The notes under the pieces are model-generated. The model did no database searches and was not told the DNA's origin. It worked only from the letters and a program-made list of their open reading frames with translations. DNA of 61,452 nt, the filler included, from Sphacelaria rigidula (taxonomy: Eukaryota): assembly GCA_964200075.2 (NCBI GenBank). It is 9 parts of 9 records of this genome, joined end to end, with 100 filler letters (N's around TTAATTAATTAA, not from the genome) between each part and the next. Parts side by side here need not be neighbours in the genome. Positions count along the whole stretch, not along the records: positions 47,875 to 54,613 come from CAXNAA020018325.1; positions 54,714 to 61,452 come from CAXNAA020018326.1; 7 more parts are not named here. One strand, written 5' to 3'. Position 1 is the stretch's first letter. Each line of letters opens with the position of its first letter. Positions 49,400 to 61,452 of the stretch are shown here, piece by piece. The translations under genes and the position numbers were made by a program.

Positions 49400-50300
49400 T
49401 AGTCTCATGCTAGACCTCAAACTATTGATGGATCCCCTTGTCGTCGTCCAACATGAATAAATTGTTCCGAAACTTCAACCGGACGATCCCGGTGATGGCC
49501 AGATGTCTGGACACTGTTGCGTCTAGATCCTTGAGGTGTATGCGCTGAAACTCACACCGAGACAAGAACATGTATGGGAACGCGTAAATTGTCCACAAGT
49601 TAGGTGCGAGGATAATTTTGCCTCCGCGCTGGCTACTTGCCAAGGGAACGCATCTGCAGTAGGTGCGGTAATGGTGGCGCGGCAGTGATATTGCTATAAC
49701 CCTCCGAGGCCCCTGCCTCACGACTGGCCAAGACGCATTCTGCAGACTGGTCGTCAGTACAGATGGCGATACATACAGTCACCATCAACCACGCGGCTTG
49801 TAAGTCTCTGAAGAGCGCACTCAATTTATGCATACCTTACGGGAAAGAGGAGTACAGTCCAACAGTGGTCATGAAGGGCTGGGCAGCCATCCCACCGTAT
49901 CGCACAGTTAGCTGTGATGATCGGGGCGCAAAAAGTGAACGGGCTGTTCGAGGGAATCATAACGACCACAGACAATGACTGCCCCTTTCCTTTTTTGTCC
50001 TGGGATTCTCCGTCCAAATACACTTGGTTTTACACTCCCATCTCTTGACGGTGGAGTCGCGCGTACAGGCGAACACCCTCCCTGTCCACACCCTACATAC
50101 CCTTGTGCACCATCCACACCCACCCTGAAGCTCTGGGGCTGTCCTAGTGCTTCGGAGGCGTACACCCTAAACCTGAAATCCATTTTTATCTCCCGGCGCA
50201 CTGATATGACCGCGGGACGTTCCCTGAAATGGACGGCGCAGTATGATGCATTGAGATTTGAAGCACTCAACGCAATAATCGGCGCTAGAAATACGCACTT
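49400..50300 (-). pseudogene. Possible eroded Ty3/gypsy RT remnant
   Basis: VVMIPSNSPF...AP resembles GVIxPSxSPWxSP; ALFRDLQAAW...IAICTDDQ resembles FSxLDLxxAFxQIxIxxxD. Confidence 0.3.
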
Positions 50301-51296
50301 AACCGGAGAGTACCGCGCCGGCAAGATCTATCCCTCGATGGAGTGTCCCGCTACACCGCTTCTTATCCCACAAAGGCAACGCATACAAGGTTGGGGTCAC
50401 CGCCGTTCTGTTCCAAGGATATGCTGGATTCACATATCCCTCGTCAGTGAGACACCTTGGTTGAAGTTGGATGCCGTAACGGAAGGAAATAGCTTCAAGT
50501 ACCACTTGACTTGACTTCCGTCAGAGCTATACCCCGGCGGCTGCAGTCTGAAATTCCGCTGTGCTGATATAAAAAAGCAGACGTCTCCTCCGCAATCATC
50601 CCTTCGAGCAAGGAAGAAATGCACGCAATTTACTGGCCCTGAGAACTCCAGTGCAAAAGGCTTGACGGAATACACGCATGCCGAAAAATGAAACAATGCA
50701 TCAGAAGTGCGCCGCCTTCGAGAGACGGGGCGTCGAACCGTAATCGACACACCACTTGTACACAGCCCGCATGGAACACTGGTTGTACACTGCTGTGCCG
50801 GCTTCCGAACGAAAAAAAAAAAAACGGAAAAAGAGCCTCAAAGAGGTGAACGAAAGGCATGATATCTGCCTCACGTGCCACATACAGCGACAAATGTAAG
50901 TCGAAAGTGTAGTATGAGGCCCGGAGGTTTTGAGTCCGCGAGCAACAGAAACAAAGCTGTCGTATAGTATTCCTAGTGCCGGGTAATTGTAATTGTAAAA
51001 TGAACCGTTCACTAGTTCCGGAAAATAATGATGAGGTCATATTATTAGCTTTTTTTCTCGTGTGTCGCAGATGTGGAAAAATGTGAATGTGACTTAGAGC
51101 GGCTGTATAACAGATTTTCCCAGAGCGATTTTACTGGACGTGCGATAAAAGTAAATAACGAACTTGAAATTCACGGCATGCAACTTCCTCGCTTGGGAAT
51201 ACATCGGAACGATTATGTTTTATCGAATATTCTGCAGAAAGGCAAAAAAAACATTATTCAGGTTTGACTATCCCGCGGCATTTGCAGGGGTCGTCG

Positions 51297-53990
51297 GTGA
51301 TTGATTCGATTGATTAATTGATGGATTGTCACACTTTCAGTGACCACCCATGGGTCCAGCCGTGGTTGCATGATAGACGTACCCGTAAAAAGCAAAACTG
51401 AAAACGATGGACCAGAAAAAAGTCGAAGAAAACGATAAAGACGTGAAAAAATAACAATAAAGAGAGGGGAAAATCGATAAAGGCAACGCACAGAAAGTTA
51501 GATGGCCAACCGAAGAAAATAAAGGGAGAAAGGAGCAGAAGAAAAAAAAAAATCGAATGCAATAATTGGAAGAAGGGGAGAAGAAAAGCCCTATGGATTC
51601 AGGGCAGCAGAGTAGATACAGACACACACCAGTTGGCACCGCAGTGCCACCGACTAAAGACATAATCAACAACCGATATGAGCAGACAGGATACTTGGAT
51701 TGGCGGCCCTCGACGCAGCAGCCTCTCGCTTGTGACGGCGGTCTGATTCTCGTTTGTCCGCGCGTCACCAGGCGTTATCAAACTCCCCCGCTCCTTTTTC
51801 GACTCCAATATGCCATTTGCCCATGTTCTCCCTTGCAGTGACCCAATCGTATGCATCGTTAACTTCTACACCGTGGACGAACCACTTCCGCCGGACTCCT
51901 TTGTGGGGAACAGCCCCTAGCGCACGTAGGGTCTCCTCTAGGGTATCCTCCCATTGCTTGGGGGGGCGGCCGGCCACCTTGGATCCTCGTTTGAAAAGCC
52001 AACCGTTCATGACGCATTTAGGTAGCCGTGTGTCCTTCTGCCGGACAAGGGCTCCCGCGAACCAGAGTTGGCGTTTTTGCGGATAGTCGTCTCAATACGT
52101 TCGCAGTTGGTCATCTCGAGCACCGCTCTGTACGGAAGAGTCTTGAAGCCATTTCGATTTTTCTTGCGGAATCCAACCACTCGCAACAAGAGCTTGTGAT
52201 GGGTAGTCCGCAGAGTGTCGAAGTCCTCAGAACGTAGCGTCCATATGGCACATCCATACAACAGAGCTTCTACCACCTCCGCTTCAAGCAGTCGAACTTT
52301 CAAGGATAGCTCGGCGTTGGGTCGGTCGTAGAGTTGGGAGCTATATGTTGAGAGTCGCGCCCACGCCGCGCTGATACGGCGGTTGACTTCGATGGACATT
52401 TTTGCATCCGCGCTGATAGCTCCACCAAGGTGGATGAACTTTCCCGTCTGCTTATACCGTTGACCGGCAGCTTTGATATCCAGGGCGGCCTCCGTGGCAC
52501 TGGGTACTGACCAAAGGCGCATGGACTCTGTGTTGCTCTCGGAGACCATTTGGCCGAATTCCTGTCAGGTCATCACTATCACGGCCATCATTCGAGCAAG
52601 GCCTTCCACGGTATTCGCGGCTATGCCGGCGTCGTCCGCATAAAATATTGCCCACACCGCGCGTCGCACCTTTTCCAGCGGTGTCTCTCCCACGGGTTCA
52701 CGACCGTCACCTTTTGGCGCCTCATCTAGAAGTACCGAGTTTGAGACGATGACAGGGTCCGCCGCAAACCGCTGAACGATCACTTCCACCAATCCTGCTC
52801 CGAAGATGTTGAACAACAGCGAAGACGAAACGCAACCTTGTCTGGGGCCCTGGCAGACGTGGAACCACGCTGATAGTTGGCCACTATCTAGTAATAGCTG
52901 TACCCGAGCTCCCATGCCGTCGTGAACCATACGGATGATCGTGATCATTGGCGATGGGACTCCGAACCGAGCAAGCACCTCCCACAGGAGCGTTCGGTCT
53001 ATAGAACCGTAGGCTTTCTGCAGATCGATGAAGCACGTGTTTTTTCGGACGTCGCTCGCCCATCTCAACTCCTGGAGTCAGCGCTCCACGAACATCATGT
53101 CTTTCGTCGATCTTTGGCACCTGAATCCACACTGCTCTTGCGGGAAGACACCTGTTTCCCGACAAAAATTACCGAGCCTGTTGGCTACGATTTTGAGGAT
53201 AACTTTGACCGTATGTGCCACAAGTAAAATGCCTCTGTATGTACTAACTACACTGGTTCATATCTTGTTTTTCGTGTAGCACTTTGATGGTATCATCTTT
53301 CCAATCTTGCGGCACCTCGCCAGATGTCGGTGATGTAGTGCGTAGCTTCGGTGGAGAGGACAACTGGAGCGAGGTCTTCTCATCACTGGATCCATAGACA
53401 TGCAGGTTTGAGCATGTAGTGGGTCTCGCTGTGGTGGACGGGTAAAATCTCGGCGCTGGTGCAAGGAGTACGCGACAAGGAAACACAAGACGTACACACA
53501 CCCCGACACTCGCCACACGCGCGCATCAGCCGGCTTTCTCGTTCTCTCGCCTTCAAATCCAAGTGACCCTTCACTTGCAGACAAAATGTAGCTATCATGT
53601 TTTCTCGAATATGGTGCGTGTGCAACGCCTTCGCCTGGGAGAGAAGACAGCTGGAGCGTTTGGTTGTTCGCAGGGCCTGCAAACAGGTCGAAAAGTGTCG
53701 AGGTTCATGCAAGGGTCGTCGGTTATTCAGGAGGGAACCTCCTCAATTGATAATAAGCTATAGTCATCGAAGTTCGTGTCCGCCAGATTCGGAAACAGCT
53801 TCAAGGGTGTGAGGGTTCATGCGGTGGACGTGGGTCGAGCATGATTGTGCTGGTACAGCAGAGGCGCGAGAAAGCAACACAAGACTGACACACCGCCCCC
53901 CGCGAAACACGCTCAGACACTCGCCACGCAGTGTCTTTGCTTACTCTCTGCCACCCAAATCACGTCAGAAACCCTGGATGCAAACCTTAC
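51297..53990 (-). mobile_element. Degenerate RTE-type LINE (RT region, 3' UTR, (CAAT)n tail)
   Basis: GEVPQDWKD..IKVLHEK, FIDLQKAYGSIDRTLLWEVLARFGVP, QGPRQGCVSS, FYADD, FIHLGGAIS...EVNRRISAAW, LLYGCAIWTL. Multiple frameshifts; T-rich UTR and tail at ~51297-51330. 5' boundary approximate. Confidence 0.9.
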
Positions 53991-54081
53991 CTTGGACCTT
54001 AGAACAGCCTTGATTGTTTCCTGCTTCGCCTACCCCACGCTCGCCTGAAAGGGCAACCCCCCGCCCCCGGGTGAAGCCTTT

Positions 54082-54530
54082 TTGATTGATTGATTATCTC
54101 AAATTGACTGACTGCAACAATCCAGCCCGTGGTCAGGAGCAGCAACAAAAAAGCAGAAAACAAAAAAGGAAAGGACCAGAAGAAGACAAAAGCAACAGCC
54201 ACAGAACGGAAAAAAGGAAGGAAGCAACAGCGACAGCAACAGCAACAACACACGCTAACACAAACACAAACAACACAACGAGCTTATTATCTCGCATTAC
54301 TTGGCTAATTGCAACACTCCAGCTCGTGATCGGAAACAAAAAGAAAAAAGGAGAAGAATGAAAATAAATGAATAAAATAGAGGTATGAAACGTAGAGCAA
54401 GGAAAACAAGAGACAAGGAGACGGGGCCAGGCTCGTCTCCGGAGAGGGGTGTGCACAGACAACACGAAGGATAGACAAAAAACTATGAGGTACGAAATGT
54501 GAACAAACCAGAGATGAGAACCAAACACAA
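54082..54530 (-). mobile_element. 5'-truncated LINE 3' end; related copies at ~5085-5192(+), ~5500-6026(+), ~14107-14460(-), ~47970-48101(+)
   Basis: Each has a T-rich UTR, then a variant of ACCACGG(G)CTGGA, then a (CAAT)n tail, the same layout as the 3' end of the RT-coding copy at 51297-51385. Confidence 0.7.
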
Positions 54531-54859
54531 TGCTGTACGTAACTGGCGTAGGCTATGATGAGTCGACTCGTGACGAATAAATCCCTAGGCTTTATTTCAG
54601 CGTTGCAACCCAGNNNNNNNNNNNNNNNNNNNNNNNNNNNNNNNNNNNNNNNNNNNNTTAATTAATTAANNNNNNNNNNNNNNNNNNNNNNNNNNNNNNN
54701 NNNNNNNNNNNNNCCCACGCCGTACCGACAAGACCGGTCATGGCCTTCGTCGGAGGACGGGGAACGGAGTATATGTAGCTAAATTACGTTGCATTCTAAA
54801 AAAGTGATGATTCGGTGGTGTAAATTTCGACTCCAGTAAAACTGCTTTCAGCATGATGC

Positions 54860-55580
54860 GTTCGGGAAGGCGTTTTTCGTCCTGCCGGACCAGGACCCCC
54901 GCGGACCAAATTTGACGCCTGCCGGAGGCCATCTCGATACGTTCACAGTTGGTCATCTCGAGCACATCTCTGTACGAAAGAATCTTGTAGTCAGTTTGCT
55001 CCTTCCCGCGGAATCCAACCACTCGCAGCAATATCTTCTGGCGGGTAACGCGCACATTCTTCATGTCCCCGTGACGCAGCGTCCATGTAGCACATTCATA
55101 CAACATAGCGTCCACGACCCCCGCTTTGATAGCCTGGATTTTCAGAGATAGCTGGGCTTTGGGTCGGTCGTGGAGTTGGAAACTCTACTTTCGGAGGCAT
55201 GCCCACGCAGAGCTGATTTGGCGATCGATTTCGATGGAAATATTCGCATCCGCAATGGCAGCATTACCAAGGTAGACAACTCTGCCGTCTGCTGGTACCG
55301 CTGACCTGCAGCGCTGATGTTCAGGGTGGTGTCTGCAGAGCTGGGTACTGACCACAGGCGCGTGGAATCTGTCTTACTCTTCGAAACTGCCAATCCGTAC
55401 TCCTGACAAGCCACCACTGCCGCGATCATCATTCTAGTAAGCCCGTCCGCTGACCTCCAGACTGTGCTAGTGTCATCTGCATATAACATTCCTTACACCG
55501 CGCGCCGCACCCTCTCCAGCGGCACCTCTTCTAGGGTCTCACCACCGTAAACTTTTGGCGCATCATCTACATAAACCCAA
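54860..55580 (-). mobile_element. Second degenerate RTE-type LINE RT fragment
   Basis: MLYADD...GLTRM...SAAGQRY, MLYECATWTLR...LLRVVGFR; clearly paralogous to 52007-52740. Confidence 0.88.
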
Positions 55581-55849
55581 GCCTACAGAGTGAAATTCGG
55601 CTATAGCACAAGCAATACCAGTGTACCTGAGTGCTACAGCAATGTGTCTGTCTAGTTGATCGAACTCATCTTCTCCACATAAATCACCGTGGTTGTTGAG
55701 TCATGGTATTTTGACCAACCTTGCAGATTTTGCTTCAACCGATGTGGCACCAAAAATCCCCGCCCATCGTCCTGCCGCCGCAGACGACCGTATAGTACGT
55801 ACTGACAGGCTATCTACGTGTGTAAAAAATAAGGGCCGATTTGCTTGAC

Positions 55850-56800
55850 GGTAGAATCCCCCATCATGAATGTCTCGAGTTTGGTATAAAACATGAACTA
55901 CTTGGACAGATTATACCTGCCCCAATCACGTAAATACAGTGTGGGCTGAGTATGAGCAATATCAAGCCCAACGTCATGCGATTCTTTGTTGTAATCTGCG
56001 AGAAATCCCGAGGCAACAATCGGCGCACTAAACGCAATAACTGCGCAGGCGCAATACTGTCGAAGTGTTCGCGTACGCCCTGTATATTTTGACGTGTCGA
56101 TTCACGCCCCCGTCCAGCTAGAGCGAACGTCAGCATTCCTGGCCTGGATTATCTCCGTTGATCCTTGTTCAGCAAATAAGATTGCACCATCCAGTGGGTA
56201 CGGCTGACAGCGAAAACAGTACAGCTGGTGCATAGAGCCTACAGTCAATGTAGGGTGATCCCACGTCTGAGGTTTGGGGCAAGATGAGTTAGTCGGCGAT
56301 GAATACACAGGAGATTGCCGCCGCTGTACTGTATACAATATTATCCCCTGCGGCATAGACGGTGCTATAAATGTCCACTGTAGTCGTGAAATATCAGCCC
56401 CTACGGCATGAAACAAGGTGCTATCATCATTTGTTTAGCGCCAATTTTATCCACGTGTTCAATAGATTGACGCGATTGGAACTCCGAATTTTGGGACTGC
56501 AACAGGATTGGAGCCATTGTGTAAGGAGGTCATTGGAACGACGCACGTTAAACTTGGGTTTGTTCGGGAATCCATGTTACAAATATTCGAGGAGCGTAGC
56601 GGCCGTTGACTTGGTTTTGGTATGGACTTTGCCCATCTCGTCACTTCACATGTTAGCATGCATATTACTAAAGGGAAGGCTCCTCAATGATTTCGAGTGG
56701 TCTACGAAATCCCACTGCACATGTATCATCTTACCCGTTCGCGGGGGAAGTGTTGGGTGAGATTCCACTTTCCTTCAAAGAAAAAATGATTAAAACAAAG
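55850..56800 (-). pseudogene. Eroded Ty3/gypsy RT-RNase H remnant
   Basis: PQTWD...GSMHQLYC...DGAILFAEQ resembles PDW...F.LYCDAS...GAxLxQ, followed by an SI...LLRL...FSQI segment. Confidence 0.4.
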
Positions 56801-58539
56801 TATCATATTGTGCAAGGGCAGCGCCATCGACGGTGGTGGTCAGTGACGAATCCATCGTAGGATTGAAGTCTATTTGAGATTCGGCAGCCTCATCGTGCAT
56901 CATATCACACCGGGTACTGAGCGCAAACGCTTGTTAGTAATCCAACGTGCTTGGGTGTACGACGGCGTCGCCAGTACTGTAGGTGAGCACGAGTTCTGGC
57001 CGTCGCGGCGGAATTCAGCCACGATTGGAAATTAAAAACAGGCTTGTATATTCGTCGCACTTGCCTTTTTAATTCTCACAAGTTTTACGATGATCGTTCG
57101 GGTGGTTTGAAAAGGGGAATCGAGCTAATCTCCCTATACTGCACGGCCTCATGGACGGTCTATTGGTGCACATAACCAGTGTTGCGATACACCCACGCCG
57201 TCTAGCATCTCTTTGGACGGAGGGCGATGAACAGTTTGATTGCTCGGCGCGATGCTATCAAGCAAACATTCAAGGCTCACTTTGCTCAGACACTGCAGAA
57301 AAAAAACACCCTTGGGCTGTAGCGATGACAACAATACATGTTCCGCAATGTACGCGCGTGGTGCGAGTCCTGGAGTTGACGCATGATACACGGTGATTTT
57401 GCGCGACAAATGGTCGGCACAGGTGAACGCGGCGTTTTCGGTGGAGAAAGGCGACACTGGCTTGGCTTTCACCACACGAGATCGCACCAGTGCGTCGGAG
57501 GTGAGGTCGTTGTTTTTTCCATAGGAGAAGACTTGACATACCTCAAAAATATATCACCTCAAAAACACGCTCCGTTTAAAAACACTGATAGGTTGGGTGA
57601 CGATTTGCCGCTCCTCTAACCTGGAAATACGCCTGTCCTGTTCCACATGGTGCTTGGTATGCCTCGTAGTACTCGTAGTCGATTTTGTCGTGTATCCAAA
57701 ATTCATTCGCACAAGCTGTCCTTTGCTAGACATCGTATTCCGATATAGTGAGATTCGATTAAAGTCTGATAGGAATCAACACGGCCACTTGACCGTCGCC
57801 CTGTGCACTGTGGAAATTGGGTCCTGTCAAACGTCCAAAACCTAGCCGCGAGAACGTTCGCATTTACGTCGAAAACAAATCTTGTGCAACCCCCCCCTCC
57901 CCGTGCGCGTAACAGACGCTTAGAGTGATAGCAGTCAACGCATGCTATCGAAGCATGCGCCATCGCGCAGAAACAACGCGTGCACTGAGCCGTCAATACA
58001 CGCATCGAACAGCTATGTATGCATTGTGGTCGTGCTGGGTAGGACTGCAGTGTACAGAAATTGCGCGAGAGGTCGGTACTCGTCTCTCTCTATATATTAT
58101 ATGCAGAATTGACCTTATAAGAGTCGTTATCCAGGATCTGGGACGTTTGTCCTCGCCCGGGTGAGTACCTCTCACGGATTTCTAGACACAAGGTCCTGGC
58201 TATGAGTAGGGGAGGCTACGTTTTTTGCCAGTAATGAAAATGCCGCAACCGTCGCGAGGGCAAAGTGCCCACGAGACGTCGAGGTCAGAGAATGTTGAAT
58301 GCATTCAGGGTCGTTTTGCCCCCCCCCCCCCCCCCCTCTCCCGCCAACCACCATCTCCCCCCTACCTGCCCCTNNNNNNNNNNGAGGCACGGCCTCGCCT
58401 CGGGCAGGTGGTGTATTTTTTTTTTACCTCGGGTCTTTTCCTCCCCCCCCCCCCCCCCCCGCGCCCGGGCACATGAAATTTCCGTTTCTTCTCGCTTCCC
58501 CCGCACCTTTCAGTTTTCCAGGCGATGCAAGTGTCCGTT

Positions 58540-61300
58540 GTCAATTCGGCACATGTGCAGTCGAAAAATCAGCACGGCTGCTTGTTTCATGCCGTTTGGC
58601 GCACGCATTGTCACGTTTTTGCACACACAACGACTGCACTATGCTGCAGATGTGAATTATCTCTTCTTGGACATGACTATGATAATATTGGGTGCTTGCG
58701 GTGATGGCATGGCACAGAAATAGAGTGTTTGAAATGTAGCATGTGGGTCAAAGCAGTTGGTCGTGAAACTCGTTTTTGCCTTGTCTCCGCTCATGAACGA
58801 CAAAGCCTGAAGGATGTTTCCATTATGTGCAGAACGTTTCTCAGACAGTCGAGGAAGTCATACGCGGTGCTACATTATAATAAACATATCCGTCTGGGGT
58901 ACTGAACGTAAAATGACTATCGGGAGAGCTACGCTCCCACGAAAGACTGGCTATCATGGGCACTGTGCCGATGCTTTAGTCGTGGAGCCTGGGTTCGCGG
59001 ATGTAGTATGGAGCACAAATGATAGACCGAAGGGGAATGAGTCCCTCGTCAAGGATTAGACAGCTGGAAAGCTGTAGGCCGTGGGGAATGACACCTCGTG
59101 AATCTGGTCTAGGGACTCTGTAGGCCAGAATATGGACCCCAAGAACGTCAGAAACGTGCTCTGGGCACCATGTCCGCCGTGAAACAGGAAGCTTTCACTG
59201 AAGGGTGGGTGTGTACGCTTGTTGTACCCATGGTACGAACAATTGTGTTCCGATACATCTTTTCCCGGCCCTCCGAAGCCAAGTTGCTCAAAATCCAGTA
59301 TATCGTAAAACGACTAACAGTACACATTCTCACTCATTACCCGATGATCTTGGCCCCAGAAAAATGACACTTCGATCAAGGAGACTGGGTATCTTGTTTT
59401 AACAATGGTCGCCAATATGCTCGTAATTTTCGAGCCCACACCCCAAACCTGGGGAGGGAAATGCTTGGTGAAGGGTCTTTTTTTTTTTTCTCTCCGGGAT
59501 CAGTTCGTATGAAGTGGTCTTACGCTCAGAAAACAAACCTCTGAGCCCATCTTCTGCGCATACTTCAAAGTAGGCCCTCGAAGTGTCATTTCCAAAGGTG
59601 TCTACTGCATGTTGATCTTTTTTCACTGGCGTCGAGCGTACGATTCAGTCGATTCAGTCGATTCAGTCCATCTGTGATGCTACCGTGCTCACGTCGAGGC
59701 GAGGTGATACGTAAGGATCGATTCCGACCCGGTAGAATACAGGGTTATTTGTTTTTGTGCCGTAGCATTTTCGCATTTTGCACGCGAAACAGTGTTGCTG
59801 GTTGTCTACCGACACCCGAACCACGACGCGTTCGAAGTTGCTCTGCCTCCTACTGCACGCTACAGTAGTTGCACGGCGGGGCTTCGAGTTGGAGGTGTTG
59901 TCGACTGTTTTACCTCCGAAGGAGGCAACGATACAATTCGATGGGCAGCTGAAGATACGTATTACCAGAACGTTCCCCGCTTTTGAATATATATATATGT
60001 ATATATAATACGCCTTTGAAGTATGCACTGCTAGCCAGCAACGGGGTACGTCAGCACCGCTTGTCGCTCACATCGATTGTGCCAACATAGCAGCGCTTTT
60101 GACAAAGTGAGAGCTACGTAGCCCCGTACCGCTCGCTTCGCTCGAATTGGAAATGTTCCGAAATGACATCCAGCCATATCCTTACTTTATTATAGGAAGG
60201 ACCAAGGGGACCATTTTGCGATGAAGCATATCTCAGCGCTGTTGATGTTGCACGCGCTTCGTTCCAGCGACATGATATTCGTAGCCCCAGTTCTCACTTA
60301 GAAACCGAAGTCCCCACTAAATTGCCCTCGATGCGACTGTTTGCTCCACGATGGTGGCTACGGTAGCTGTGAGGGGACAGGGATAGCAGTCAACGACCAC
60401 GCCGAAAAGACTTTGGTCGCGAGGAGCCCCGGCATTTATTTGAAAGATATCATATCTACTCGTCATTTGTCTTGTGTTGGAATATTGAATGCATACGCGT
60501 ACCAGGTGGATGCCTGCATGCATGGCGGAAGAGGGACAAGCCGCTGGCTCCTTCTCGAGACCCCACATCCCGAGGAAACTATGGTTGCGGCTGCCTTGAT
60601 TTCCACCGGAGATCTTCCGGGCAAGGTAACGTCAACGACAGGATACGTATTGCCGTCGAGGGTCTCACACCCCGTTGTGCTAAGTGCGTGTAGTAGGCGG
60701 CGTTTTTTCCCCCCAAGAAGTAACATCGTGACATCGCTGTAGTCAGCGTCGACTGATCCAGAACCAGAGGCGCCACCCGGAGCTGGCCGTTTGGCCGCAA
60801 CGTTTGCGGTATTTCCCGGGGGAGTAAGTCTAACTTGTAGTGGCTGCAAATCGGTGTTGTGCTGTGTGATGGTTTTGTGTCGGTTGATATCGCAGAACGC
60901 ATCTATGTTCTGCGTGCTTCACTTGGTATTCGATATCTACTTCTCACATACTAGAGAGAGAAGACTTCCGTCGTTCGGATACCGTCTGAAACTACGGCAG
61001 CAGGGTTGCCAAGTATGCTACAAGTACGGCTCAACCGCCTCTACCGCGAATATTCACCCGTCTGTTCCTCCCGTCGTTTGTTCTGTACTCACGTATATGA
61101 GAACTTTATGCTCCCACGGAAGACGGGTGACCGTGACGGCTGTGCTCGTGCTCTGGTTACAGTAGAGTCTAGGTTCGTGAATATACTGTGGCGCACACAC
61201 AGGCTGCTCAGCGTTGAGAGTGGTCCATCCTTGATACCAGGTCAGCTAGCAAGCTGCCCGATTCATCGGGGAGGACTCCTTTGTGAACGTGTCATCGGGG
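58540..61300 (-). pseudogene. Eroded copia-like pol remnants; ~58925-59080 and ~61105-61262 are paralogous
   Basis: The internal paralogy (GCTCCCACG.AAGAC.GG...GTGG.GC...GGGTTCG.G.AT.TA.T.TGG.GCACA) is clear. The copia assignment rests on weak motifs. Confidence 0.35.
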
Positions 61301-61452
61301 ACCGGAATTGTGAAACACCAAGAGTGTCAGGAACCTGCTCTCCGTATCACCTCCCCCCCCCCGCGCGCTTTGGTTAGACACACATCCATGAGGCAGTGTA
61401 AAAGCCGTGGCTGTCTCTGGAAGTGGCGATACCAGAAAATAAAACAATTCAT

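Noticed and set aside
6741..54713. Perfect 6839-bp periodicity of TTAATTAATTAA palindromes
   Set aside because: Synthetic linkers between length-sorted contigs, so not biological. No gene-neighbourhood inference is valid across them.

Overview
This is not one locus. It is nine unrelated eukaryotic contigs (one of 6740 bp, eight of 6739 bp) joined by artificial 100-nt N44-TTAATTAATTAA-N44 linkers, so adjacency across linkers means nothing. Histone sequences, long repeat-filled introns and the retroelement content point to a stramenopile, probably a brown alga (inference). Host coding content is sparse: an intact intronless divergent H2B/H2A pair, one internal exon of the proteasome ATPase RPT3 and one MORN-repeat exon. 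Most of the rest is mobile DNA: an RT-deleted Ty1/copia element, RTE-type LINE fragments and 3' ends, tRNA-headed SINEs, eroded copia/gypsy remnants and many non-autonomous TIR elements whose TSDs can be read directly (TA, TTAA, AWT, 5, 8 and 9 bp). The most notable observations are: (1) an identical 25-nt histone 3' stem-loop with a non-canonical 5-nt loop after both histone genes, plus a mirror-symmetric CCAAT/TTTGAA promoter between them; (2) an 80-bp TG...CA palindromic insertion with a 5-bp TSD whose empty site is present elsewhere in the window; (3) arrays of ~100-bp piggyBac-like MITEs chained through shared TTAA sites; (4) a triple-nested MITE stack carrying a ~188-bp satellite. No CRISPR array or prokaryotic system was found. 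All alignments were done by eye.
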